A stretch of 20,000 bases of DNA from Trichodelitschia bisporula. Its lineage: Eukaryota. The position numbers and the translations under genes are program-made. Below, one piece after another: positions 1 through 11,015 of the stretch (positions within the stretch are counted from its first letter, which is position 1; each line of letters starts with the position of its first letter). The notes under the pieces are model-generated. The model saw only the letters and a list, made by a program, of their open reading frames with translations, was not told the origin of the DNA and ran no database searches. The stretch lies in the NCBI GenBank assembly GCA_010356995.1, contig ML996690.1, forward strand, positions 932,155-952,154, written 5' to 3'.

Positions 1-1332
1 AGCGACGTTCCCACCCAGCAATCCACCACCAAAAACGCGGGGTCCAAACCGCCCCGCGCCCACACGTTTGCACCTGCAACAGCCTCTGCTCGAGACGCAG
101 ACGACTGTTACGCAGAACACGCCCCCGCGGCACGCAAAACACGCCACATCAGAAACCACCCTTCAAAAACCACACTCGCAGAAACCACGAACAAGCCTGC
201 CCACATAGCGTAGGAAAGAAGGAAAATCCCCATTCCCAGCGCTCTAGCCGCAACAACCCATCATCGTTTGCATCTTCAGGTAGACAAGCTCCCGGCGCAC
301 GGTTGCTGCTCCCAAAAATATAGCCTGCGCGTCTCCCGCCCGAGGCAGCCCAAGACCAGGCTTTTGCCGACCGGCTCTCAATCCATCTTTGTGAATCGAG
401 AAAGGGCACGGACTGGATCCGCGGCGCGGGTTGACGCTTCCAGCCTCAGCTTCATTGCGTGCACGGGGGTGCTCCCGCGTGCTCAATGACGCGCTCTGGG
501 CGGCAACGTGTACTGCAGTCGGAGAGATGGACATGTTCCAGATTGTCTGCGTTTCATGTCTTCTTGGTGACGTCGGTGAGAGGTTTCTTCGCCGCGGCCG
601 TTTGGACGAAGATGAAGACTGAGAGCGAGAATTGTGACGCACTAGACGGTCGATGCATGGCGGCAGTGTTTGCGTGCGCTGCAGTGTGTATTTCCGCTTC
701 TGACTACAGGTGGCCTTCTGCTTTGGGTAACTATATCATCGCTCTTATGCCGTCAGCTTCACGTCGCTTTCCTAGCCAGTGCTAGTAGGCGCGCTTTACG
801 GGTGGCTGTAGCTGCACGTTCCTGCGCTTCTTTCAGCGCGCTGATGAGCCCCAAGGGGCAGTTCGAAGACACCAGCACCACGTATTCGCCGTGAATGACC
901 TGTGGCCGCTGACGAATCTTTTGCGTACGCAGCATATTCTTGCTAAAGGTTGACCCGTGATCTCAGTCCTTTATGGATACGAGGATAAGGTTATGCAAGG
1001 CTGCAGATCGTATGGCCGTGGCTGGCCAGGTGGAAATCCGATATCGGCATCGCGCACGCCGCCCTGCGGAGGCGGAGCAGGAGCCCTCCTCAGATGCACC
1101 TTCGGCTCCCGGCACAGACACCCTTAAACCGATGTGCCTTGGCCTGCGGCGCTCACTGCCGTGCAACAGTAGAGGCCACCATCACTCATGTGTAAACAAC
1201 ATCACAGCAGCAACACAGGACATGAGCGAACAGTCTGGCATTACTACTACCGCACTGCCAGTCCCCCCACCCGCAGCGTAGGACACAAGGCCCTCGCCAT
1301 GAAGCCCGTCAATCACGCAGTGTTTATGGCAC

Positions 1333-1747
1333 TTAAACCAGCACCGACGCAACCTCAGCAGCATTGCTCTCGCTCACACCCTCAACCTTCTTGATCTCGG
1401 TGCCATCCTTGAAGATGACCACAGTGGGGGTGACCGACACCTTGAAGTATTCCTTCGCGGCGGGGTGCTTCTCCACATCGACCTTGTACGCATCCGTGCT
1501 GGAGGCGTGCTTCTCGGCAGCACTGTCGCGGAGGGTTAGTCTCTGCCATGATGCCCAGGGGGTTTTTGGTGTAACTGACGCCTCGGCGGCTGCGGGGACC
1601 TCGCCCGAGTAGGCGTAGATGAGCACGTATTTGCCCTTCGTGCCAACGGCAGCCTCAAAGTCGGCCTTGCTGGTGGGGAGTTAGCTGGGTGCGGGGAAGG
1701 AGTGGATCGGGAGGAGTGTACCTGTTGAGCTCCGTGTGACCGGCCAT
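1333..1747 (-). CDS. Cysteine-free thioredoxin-fold protein, 101 aa, 3 exons (1747-1722, 1669-1580, 1522-1333)
   Basis: ATG at 1747. Intron 1 is 1721-1670 (GTACAC..CTAAC..CAG) and intron 2 is 1579-1523 (GTCAGT..CTAAC..CAG). The spliced CDS is 306 nt: MAGHTELNSKADFEAAVGTKGKYVLIYAYSGEVPAAAEAAAEKHASSTDAYKVDVEKHPAAKEYFKVSVTPTVVIFKDGTEIKKVEGVSESNAAEVASVLV*. YKVDVE and VTPTVVIFKDGTEIKKVEG match the thioredoxin pattern (KVDVD..MPTFxxFKDGxxxxxVVG). Confidence 0.85.
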
Positions 1748-1846
1748 TTTGGTTTGAGGTAAAAGTATGAGGTGTTGAGTTGCTTGTTGTTTTTGAGATG
1801 AGGAAGTTGTGCTAGTTGATGAGCAGCAAAATGGTGTCCGTCGTCC

Positions 1847-1854
1847 TTTATATA
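1847..1854 (-). promoter_or_regulatory. Probable TATA box (TATATAAA) of the thioredoxin-like gene
   Basis: tttatata on + reads TATATAAA on -, about 100 nt upstream of the ATG at 1747, in otherwise GC-rich sequence. Confidence 0.6.
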
Positions 1855-3945
1855 TCCCTTTTACCCCTCATCTGCACCCCCCACCTTCCCCCCTCTCCCC
1901 TCGTACTGCCCCCTCTCTGCCCCGCGCACCCCACCTCAGCCACCGCTTTTCTGCACCGCACGCTACTCGCCTGGGCCTAATAGGATGAGGCCTATCTGAC
2001 ACGGCACGCCCTGGCTGCATTGCCATCCCGGCCAGTGCGCGAGCCAATAGCACCCGATCTCCATGCCCAGCCCCCGCATTTAGCGGCGGGTAGCGGATGT
2101 GGAGGGACGGATGCGGTACATTGCGTACCTGTCTATGCCCTTTGTGGACGGAGGGGTTCGGATGGGGAAAGTGACGGCACGATGAGCGGAGAAGATGAGC
2201 TACAGTGAGTACAGTCGGTTCGTTGTGATGCTGCCCTTCGGTGGGCGAGGCTGTGTCTCGGCTGAAGAAGCTAGGTTGCACAGCCTTGACTTGTTTAGAC
2301 ACTTTAACGGAGAGGAGGTTTCGCGGTGATGGCGCGCCTGAACCATCACCACAGTAACGGCTAATAAAAGCGCGAGCATTGCGGACGAGGCGTTTCACCA
2401 CCGAGGCGGTGCGGACGAGCTGAACGCGCGCGGCGCCGGCAGCCCACCTTACTCCACACCATGCTGTGTGAGCATAACATGAACGCAGTGTGATGAGCGC
2501 GATGGGCGTGAACATCACTCAAAGTCCGCATTTTGTAAAGCAAACCCATGCGGACGGGGTTGGTGGGTTTCCTATCCGGCCCGAGAGGGTTCGATCATCG
2601 CAGTGTGTGTCCGCTGCGCGTCACGTAGCCCGTCACGGTTTCAGGCACACCCACGTAATCCGATACGAGCCTTGATCTCGGCCTGGGGCTTGGTGGGGTG
2701 GCCCCGGGCATGCGATGCCACGCTGGAAAAAAATAACGTTCGAACCGATCCCGCGACCGCTTTCTGCCCCACTTTGCTGCGATATTGAGGGCGTAGGTTA
2801 TGAGCGTGCAGTTGACAGTGGCTAGCGGCATGCAATGATGCGCAAGCCTGGCTCGGCGTAAGAATCAACAGCCAGCTCCTCTGGCTGGCTGGTTCGCAGG
2901 CTGGGGCCGTTATCGGTGGCGCTTGGGATGGTGGGGGGCAAATGAGTGAGCGACACCGGGGAATGAGGCAGGCTTGATGAACGGGGGTATATCAGCGAGG
3001 CAGGTCTGAGGTTGGTGATGCAGCGGGAGTCGTTGCGGGTGGGACGTGTCGGGGGTACGTTGATCCGCGGAACGGGCTCCGGACTTCGAGGGCCGGGCCG
3101 TGGTGTGTTCGCCCCGCTTCCCCTGCTTTTCCTGCCCCACTATGCTATCTCTTACCGCTTAAGTGATGCTGTTTGGGCTGCTTATGCAGCACAGCATCTT
3201 TCAATTGATGTATTACTCTCACCGGTCTTCTGGTTTCGGCAGGCGTTCTGGGGGCCGGGAAAGCGGTCGCTGAATCTTCAACCCCACTCACGGCTACAGA
3301 TGTTGTGGAACTACTGGAAGCACTGGATCACATCTTGCTTACTATCAAAAGGAGTGTTACTGAACCGGTGAAGCACGAGCAGTGATCGAATTTACCTAGA
3401 TGTCTAGGCTTTAGGTAATTGATCGGAGTGGCGAGGTCCGCTCAGGTTACCCGGCACGGGAATCTCAACGGCCGCCTTCCCCTGAGCAGTACCTGATCCC
3501 ATTGATACAACGCGATTCATTTCATAGCCCAAGCAGGATCGCCCCGATACACTGTGGCCTTGCAACCCTTGGTTTTCTCCACAGGCCGTCTCCCAGGCCG
3601 CACATCATCACGGTTCCGCAATTATCAACCACATACGGCCATAGATCACAGACATATACCTATATCCGCGGAAAATAGCCGCCAAATCCGACGGTTTGTA
3701 ACGGGGTTTCTGGCGTCAGATTTCCCCAATGCAGGCTTCCAAGAAAGCGGGCGCTTAGAGTGTTCAGTATCCCTGTTGATGGCTAACAAATTCCAGCGGA
3801 CGAATTATTTGAATTAGAAAATCTAAAAAGCGGCTTACCCCGCATCGAGAATCAGCCCTCCGCCACTTCGTCTAGCTTCCGCCTCGTGCCCCGCTTGGGT
3901 TTCCCCATCGCCGCCGCCTAAATGCGTCCTCCCGCATGCCGCTTT

Positions 3946-4010
3946 TTCGTCTCGCCCACCCCTTCGTCTCGCCCGCCCCCTTCGTCTTGCCCACTTCTTC
4001 ATCTCGCTTT
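3946..4010. repeat. Degenerate 17-18 bp pyrimidine-rich minisatellite, about 4 units
   Basis: ttcgtctcgccc-like units start at 3946, 3963, 3981 and 3998. Confidence 0.7.
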
Positions 4011-4029
4011 ACCACTTGCCTCGCCTACC

Positions 4030-4400
4030 TTTTCGCCTGATCTCGCCCTTGCAGCCACGCTGCCCGAGCACAGACCGTCTACTTGGCTCGCGTGGGGCAT
4101 TGAGGCGGGCCTGTCGGGCGCGCTGGCGGATGAGGACGGGGCCGTATGAGGGCTCGTTGCTGGGCGTTAAGTTGTTTGGCGACCGTAATGTGCCGTACGA
4201 GCAGCACACGTTCGTGGCGCCAGATATTGGGAGCGCGAATTTCGTACGGCGTGCGCGGGAGGAGCCGTTTCGGGGGGGAGGGGCAGCGTGCTGGTCAGCA
4301 AGGAGGTGGCGTCGGTGATTAGGCTAGCGTCCGAGGGAGAGCCAGTGCTATGGACGAAGCCACGGTGGATCGGGGTTAGGACGTGGATGAGTATGGGTTC
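4030..4400 (+). pseudogene. Decayed fragment of a fungal F-box protein C-terminal domain (DUF3506/Cyclin_D1_bind-like)
   Basis: Translates to YEGSLLGVKLFGDRNVPYEQHTFVAPDIGSANFVRRAREEPFRG. This resembles the remembered family motif YxGxLEAIKLTGDPNVPRGEYTFxAxDIG..RxAxExPFxG. It is frameshifted, has no recognisable start, and is homologous to 10530-10760. Confidence 0.6.
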
Positions 4401-4424
4401 TGCGGGCGCCTATACGAGAAGTAG

Positions 4425-4720
4425 GAGTAGGGAGGTGCGAGGGTCACGAACTGGCGGAGGTTTCGGCGGTGCTGCGGGGGGGTCGGGAACTGCGAGTAGT
4501 TTTGCTTGCGACTACCGGATGAGTTGCTGCAGCTGCTGGTAGTAGACTGGTAGTAGTAGAGGCTATCCGTTGGGCCGCAGGAGGGGCTGTGCGGGAGAGG
4601 TTGCGAGAAGGGCGGCTGCGTGTAGGTGCGGGCGGCGGTGGGGTAGTTGCCGGTGAAGGTTTGCACACCGGGAAGCGACACGCTGATATGTAAGGCTTTG
4701 CGCGGCGTGACTTGCTGCGG
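4425..4720. repeat. Segment with a degenerate second copy at about 15440-15640
   Basis: Shared blocks cgttgggcc, taggtgcggg, gccggtga.ggt.tgca..ccggg and gcggcgtgacttgctgc occur in direct orientation. 4426-4476 matches the reverse complement of 15452-15500. Confidence 0.65.
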
Positions 4721-7700
4721 GTATGCCTAGGTGATTTCCGATAGCCCATCCGACGAGGGAAGAGCTGGGCGCGGCTTATTCGCAAACGAAGAGGTGGTAG
4801 AATGGGGTACTTACGAAGCCGGAAATGCGATAGATACGGGCCACGCGGGGCCGCTTGATGGACGGGAGGAGCCGCCAGGCTAGTTCGAGGGGAAGCTAGG
4901 CGCTGTCTATCCCTTCAACCTTTTGCCCTTGTTAGTCTGTTGACGACAAGTTGTGAAGTTGTGGATGGATAATCGTTTCTCCTCGATGGGGATGAGACCT
5001 TTCCTTCGCAGTTAGAATAGCCGCACGCCGCGGGCTCAATTGTTCCACGGTACTGTATGTTTCTCGAGTCCCGCGCTAACGACACGATACAACATGACTG
5101 ATACGATGTTGTCTGCTCAACTCCAATCGAGCCTTTAATCCAGCACCAGGACGCTTGCTAACACCCATCTCACACATTATCCGGTCACCTCTTCCACAGA
5201 ATCAACTACGTATCTCCTCCATCGGAACAGTCTGTATGCCCCCTCTATCCCTCACTGCGCTGCCAAACTCCCACCCAAAACCATGACCGCCACTCCGGCA
5301 TCCTCCTGAGCCTGTTTATGCTCGAGCCCTGGTCAGTCTCGATATCCCGTACAGCACCTACGACGCGGGCATAGACGACGCAAGCAGCGTGGGCGGTGCA
5401 CATGGATGAACAACCGGGTATGTCCTCCAGCGGAATCTTCGTCTATGAACTGATCAGTTGGTAGGAGAATTTGATGCTCTGTGGCATGTAGCTGTCTCCT
5501 CTAATCTCGTTCTCCCCCTCCGCGCCCGACAGCTTACAGCCTCATTCTTGGCATTCTGCCCCGCAGTTGAGCTCAGCCGGAAGCCCCTAAACCTCGCCTT
5601 TACCCTCGAGTTCCACTCCTGCAATTTCATAAGTCCGCAGTTTCTTAACTAGCATCATTATTTCCAAGATGCCACCTGCAAAGCTGGTCCCGACACGGGA
5701 CCGCTTCCATGCCTCTTCTAGTCTTTCACGACCCTCCTCACCTGTTACTGGTGAGACTACTACACCTGCCCCCGCGAGCAATATCAGCCAGACCTTAACC
5801 TTACTACTTACCCTCCAGAGAACCACCAACAGAAAGCCAACCCGCCGACTTCGTCACGAAGACTATACAATAGGATGGATTTGCGCGCTCCCGATTGAAC
5901 TTGCAGCAGCCCAGGAGATGCTTGATGAAGAGCACCGACCTCTTCCCCAGGACGCGTCCGATCCCAATAGCTACACGCTCGGCCGTGTTGGCGAACACAA
6001 TACGGTCATCATGGTCTTGGGGCTGACGGGCACAAACTCAGCGGCCACGGCGGTTGCTCGAATGCAGTCAACCTTCACTTCGGTCAGCTCGGCGTCATGG
6101 TCGGCATCGGAGGCGGTGTACCAAGCTCAGAAGCCGACATCCGGCTTGGGGACGTTGTGGTTTGCCAGCCGTCCAAGGATTGTGGCGGAGTGATTCAGTA
6201 CGACTTGGGCAAGACCAGGCCGGACGGAGTTGAACGAACTGGATTTCTGAACGCGCCCCCAATGGCCTTGCTGAGCGCGCTGGTGAGTCTGAAGGCTAGC
6301 CATCTAAAAGGAAGAGTCGGTTTCCTAGATCATTTTGCAAAGCTCAGCAGCCAGTCTCTTTTCGCTCGCGACAAGGCTGGGCCCGATATCCTATACGACC
6401 CTGTGTACAACCATGAGGGGGGAGAAGAAAACTGCAACAATTGTACGAAAGAATATAGCGTGCGGCGCCAGACGCGTGGCGAACATGTCATAGTTCACTA
6501 TGGTACGATTGCCTCGGGGAATCAAGTCATGCGCGATGCCAAGGAACGCGACAAAGTCAGCGAGAAACTCGGAGGCGTCCTGTGCTTCGAAATGGAAGCC
6601 GCCGGGGTGATGAACAGTCTTCCATGCCTGCCTGTACGGGGAATCTGCGACTACTCGGACTCTCACAAGAGCAAGAGCTGGCAGCCGTACGCGGCGGGAA
6701 CGGCGGCAGCGTTCGCTAAAGAGCTTTTGTTGCGGCTTCCGCCGGCCAAGGTCAAGATGCCTGAAAGCGAGACAGACCCATCCGCGCCGGCAATGCCCCT
6801 AAGCTTACCCAGGGCTGCAGACACACCATCCAACCCATACGAGCGGAAAAAATCGCCTTGCTTGACTGGTACCCGTGTTGAACTTCTCAAACAGATATAC
6901 GCCTGGGCTTACGGGGAGAACTCGCCAAATATTTTCTGGTTGAGTGGTTTAGCTGGCACCGGCAAGTCCACCGTGGCTCAAACTGTGGCCGCCGAATGTT
7001 TTCAGAAGGGAAAGCTTGGAGCCAGCTTCTTCTTCTCGCGAAGTGGCGCAGATGTCCGGCATGCCGGCAAGTTCGTGACAAGCATCGCAGCGCAACTTGC
7101 AGACAATGTGCCGGGGGCAAAGCGGTCTATCTACAAGGCTCTGAAGGAGCGGGACACCATCACTGAAGAGCCTATCCGCAGTCAGTGGCATCATCTCATC
7201 CTCGGTCCCATGTCGAAGCTCGAAGGCGACACCTCTGCTCCGTACATCCTGGTAATCGATGCCCTGGACGAATGCGAGGGCGAGGACGACATAGGGGAAA
7301 TTCTGAATCTCTTTCTCTCGCTGAAGAAAACCCGGCTCCGGCTGTTTTTAACGAGTAGACCTGAAGTGTCAATCCGGTCTCAGTTATCCGAAATGCCAAC
7401 AAGCGAGCACCTGGACTTTGTGCTCCACAGAATTGAGAAGTCGACTATTGACAATGATATCCGCTTCTTCCTACGGCACGAGCTCGAACGTCTAGCCCGG
7501 GAACGCTCTTTTGACAAAGATTGGCCAGGCGAGCAAGACATCGACTCTCTTGTCCGGAATGCCAGTGGCCTGTTCATCTGGGCCGAAACCGCATGCCGCT
7601 TTATTCGACAGGGAAAAGCATTGGCTCCCGAGAAACTAAGCTTGATCCTCGACCAAAGCCATAGTACTGTGAAAGCGCCAGAGAAGCATCTCGACGAGAT

Positions 7701-8175
7701 CTACGCGACTGTTCTTCGCCAATCCCTTACCGACTATGAAGACGATGATGCAGAGAAGCTGCGATCCACATTGAAGGAACTGCTTGGAAGCATCGTGGTC
7801 ATGTTCAATCCACTTTCCGCCCAATCCTTGAGTGGGCTTCTCAAAATCCCCCAATCTAAAGTGAATGGAGCACTGAATGATCTCCACGCAATTTTGGACA
7901 TTCCAGAAGAGCCAGCCAATGCACTCCGCTTACATCATCCTTCGTTTCGTGACTTCCTTCTCGATTCGAGGAGAAGCGGAGATACGGGTTTCTGGGTAGA
8001 CGAGAAGCAAGCGCATCAAACCCTTGCCACAAATTGCATGGACCTGATGTGCAAGTTCCTGAAGTAGGACCAATTGGAGATCGGCCAACCAGGTGCACTT
8101 GCAACAGATACAGATTCGAGTCGAGTCGACCGATGTCTTCCTCCCGAAGTTCAGTACGCATGCCTCTACTGGATC

Positions 8176-8379
8176 CAGCATCTTGAGAAGGGCGGCTCCC
8201 AGCTTAAAAATCACGGCCAAATCTCTCAGTCCCTGCCGAAACGCCTCCTTCATTGGGTGAAGGCGCAGGGGCGGACGCAGCATTTTGAGAAGGGCGGTTC
8301 TCAGCTTAGAGATGACGACCAAGTCCATCAGTTTCTAAAGAAGCATCTCCTTCATTGACTTGAGGCGCTTGGCTGGATG
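8176..8379 (+). repeat. In-frame 102-bp (34 aa) diverged tandem duplication inside the NLR
   Basis: QHLEKGGSQLKNHGQISQSLPKRLLHWVKAQGRT (8176) is followed by QHFEKGGSQLRDDDQVHQFLKKHLLH*LEALGWM (8278). The paralog has one unit. Confidence 0.9.
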
Positions 8380-8694
8380 CAGAAAGTTTCTGAAGGGTTT
8401 CATGCCATCGCGTCTCTGGAGTCCATGATATCGGCAAGCTGGACGTAAAGCAGAGTGGGGATACTTGGCTGATACTTGGCTTAGGCGCAGATGTGTCCCC
8501 AACTATCGGAGTTTGTTCATGACATGAAACGACTTGTCCTCTACAACCGGTCAGCCATCGAACTAGCTCCCTTGCAGACATACTGCAGTGCGCTGGTATT
8601 TTTCCCGGCAGCAAGTCTTGTAAAAAGGCAGTTTCAAAGCCAAATGCATCTGTGGATGCCCGGACTACCGCAGGTTAGGGACAACTGGGATGCC

Positions 8695-9534
8695 TTGCTG
8701 CATACGCTCGAGGGCCATTCGACTTGGGTCAGCGCCGTAGCCTTCTCGCCAGACGGCAAGCAGCTGGCGTCGGCATCGCACGACTCGACGATCAGGCTGT
8801 GGGACGCCGGCTCGGGAAAGACGCTGCAGANNNNNNNNNNNNNNNNNNNNNNNNNNNNNNNNNNNNNNNNNNNNNNNNNNNNNNNNNNNNNNNNNNNNNN
8901 NNNNNNNNNNNNNNNNNNNNNNNNNNNNNNNNNNNNNNNNNNNNNNNNNNNNNNNNNNNNNNNNNNNNNNNNNNNNNNNNNNNNNNNNNNNNNNNNNNNN
9001 NNNNNNNNNNNNNNNNNNNNNNNNNNNNNNNNNNNNNNNNNNNNNNNNNNNNNNNNNNNNNNNNNNNNNNNNNNNNNNNNNNNNNNNNNNNNNNNNNNNN
9101 NNNNNNNNNNNNNNNNNNNNNNNNNNNNNNNNNNNNNNNNNNNNNNNNNNNNNNNNNNNNNNNNNNNNNNNNNNNNNNNNNNNNNNNNNNNNNNNNNNNN
9201 NNNNNNNNNNNNNNNNNNNNNNNNNNNNNNNNNNNNNNNNNNNNNNNNNNNNNNNNNNNNNNNNNNNNNNNNNNNNNNNNNNNNNNNNNNNNNNNNNNNN
9301 NNNNNNNNNNNNNNNNNNNNNNNNNNNNNNNNNNNNNNNNNNNNNNNNNNNNNNNNNNNNNNNNNNNNNNNNNNNNNNNNNNNNNNNNNNNNNNNNNNNN
9401 NNNNNNNNNNNNNNNNNNNNNNNNNNNNNNNTTACGTCATGGCCGTGGCCTTCTCGCCGGACGGCAAGCAGCTGGCGTCGGCATCGGGCGACTCGATGGT
9501 CAGGCTGTGGGACGCCGGCTTGGGAAAGGCGCTG
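8695..9534 (+). repeat. 126-bp high-identity WD40 repeat array containing a 601-N assembly gap (8831-9431)
   Basis: Near-identical units flank both sides of the gap. The AVAFS codons at 8734 and 9442 are 708 nt apart (about 5.6 units), so roughly 6-7 repeats if the gap size estimate is right. Confidence 0.85.
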
Positions 9535-10099
9535 TCGCTATCCACGAAGGTAAGGTTGGCTGGGGATGTCCGTCTGGTCGAGTGCTGTGCATGGAATTCA
9601 TTTGCTAAATATTTCTCTCAACCTCCTCCCCACCCACCTACGTTGCGGTCGTAGCCCTTTTATACCTTTTTGAGAGTGAAAGTGGTAAAGTATTATAAAT
9701 GGGAATGGTACGGGTTTGAAATCAAGCACTCCAATAGCAAATGGTAACAGTGGCGTACAAAAATGTCGCCAGATCAGTGAAGTAGGAGCTTCAATGCAAA
9801 GGGGATCTAGAAACATCTAGAATTAACCATTCCTTCAGTGCACAGAGAAGGTATGATGGAATGTAGTAGCTGTGTTTAATGTTTTCTACTCCCAGTTCTT
9901 GCGTCGAGCAGAGCGTTGATGAAGACGGGACCAGGCCCCAGCTCAACCTGGTCAAAGCCGGAAAAGGGAGACGGTCACGCACGCAAATCCTCTCATTAGC
10001 CTCCATTGATAAAACTGACGTGAAGTTATGTTGGTATGCTAGGCGAATAATCCTGCGTACGCCATCTAAGACCTTGCATAGAGAGCCCAGTTCTTAAGC

Positions 10100-10765
10100 G
10101 CCACCTCCACCCGCGCCACTAACCTCACCTGCGCCACCCCTGCCACTGCTTCAACTAGGCTTCCCTTCCCCCTGTCTCGCAACCTCCTCGCGCGAACATG
10201 CCAAGCCCTCCGCGCCTATGCCCAGGCGACCTGCTCTAGAACGCCTTTATCGAAGACGCACTCCATGCGGACCACACCCCCATCACCACCGCCGACATGA
10301 GCACCGCCTCCTTCCGCATCCAGCACAACAAACCGTAAATCCTCGGCTCTCGCCAACCTGCCCTACAACCCGATCCTCGAGCTCGTGACCTGGGCCTCAC
10401 TGTCCGGAGAGGCCGTGACTTCAACAGCATCCCGCACGTACCGCAGCATCAGGGTCGGTGACTGCCACAGCCACGGCGAGGAGTTCATCGCTCTGCTGCA
10501 GCCCGGTGCGCCCGTTAACTGCCCTTCTCCGCCCTGGCGGCCGCGCTGCCCGAGCGCAGACTGCTCACGTAGTTCGCGGGGGCACCGAGGCGGGCGTGTT
10601 GGGCCCGCTGGTGGATGGACGGAATGTACAAGGGCTAGTTGCTGGGCGTTAGGTTGACTGGCGACCGTAATGTGCCGCACGGGCAGTACACGTTCGTGAC
10701 GCCAGATTTCGGGAGCAGGGATGTCGTGCGGCGCGCGTGGGAGGAGCCGTTTCAGGGCGCAAGGC
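10100..10765 (+). pseudogene. Second, longer decayed F-box/DUF3506-like gene fragment
   Basis: Fragments DMSTASFRIQ, YRSIRVGDCHSHGEEFIALLQP (cf. remembered family motif xRGIWVGDYSGHGCEFLLxHQP) and GDRNVPHGQYTFVTPDFGSRDVVRRAWEEPFQGAR. There are several stops and frameshifts, and the fragment is cut off at about 10765 by LTR-like sequence. Confidence 0.65.
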
Positions 10766-11015
10766 TAACTCGATGACGAGCCCCCACCCGCCGGGCCGGG
10801 ACAACGATTACTCGGGCATCGATGGCAATCCATATAGCAAGCCCGATCACCTTCTTCAAAGGTTATCCGCTCGCTCTGTTTCTGATCCTCAACAATCACC
10901 CGTGCAGCCAGCCCGTCAAATACCCATCCCAAGCGTAGAGTGCATACTCTCTTGCTTACACGACCTTCACTGTTTTCCCAACGATGTTCCTTGTGACCAA
11001 GCGCACCCCGTGACA
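10762..11015 (+). mobile_element. Degenerate solo/partial LTR, related to the LTR at 14546-14737
   Basis: Ends in CACCCCGTGACA, a 12/12 match to the 3' end of the minus-strand LTR at 14546. It also has collinear blocks (tatagca/tgtagca, ttcaaaggttat/ttcagaagttat, catcccaagcg/catcccaaagcg). No target-site duplication found. Confidence 0.55.

Larger units (their letters stand above)
5669..9608 (+). pseudogene. Fungal NLR, PNP_UDP_1-NACHT-WD40 architecture (HET-E/HNWD-like sensor), disrupted
   Basis: PNP motifs DYTIGWICALPIELAAA, MVGIGGGVP, DIRLGDVVV, HYGTIASGNQV, CFEMEAAG and RGICDYSDSHK span about 5861-6735. The NACHT has Walker A GLAGTGKST (6946-6972), Walker B ILVIDALDEC, LFLTSRPE, ASGLFIWA and HHPSFRDFL. 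There is an intron at 8434-8484 and WD40 units LEGHS..[26 protein letters not shown] from about 8700. Lesions: 1-nt frameshift near 6086, TAG at 8065-8067, TGA at 8356-8358, frameshifting deletion near 9534. The true start is uncertain. Confidence 0.92.

Noticed and set aside
759..935. 58-aa minus-strand ORF (MLRTQKIRQRPQVIHGEYVVLV..ARKAT) with a possible upstream acceptor
   Set aside because: It reads as plausibly coding, but there is no family match or complete gene model.
1868..2518. 216-aa minus-strand ORF
   Set aside because: No recognisable domain, Arg/Gly/Pro-rich composition typical of GC-rich chance ORFs, and it overlaps the thioredoxin-like promoter region.
2550..3900. Several short ORFs on both strands
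   Set aside because: No domains, consistent splice structure or repeats that could be supported.
9870..10095. Possible minus-strand terminal exons (..SGFDQVELGPGPVFINALLDARTG..) with a GTACGC..CTAAT intron
   Set aside because: Frames do not join cleanly and no family is recognised.
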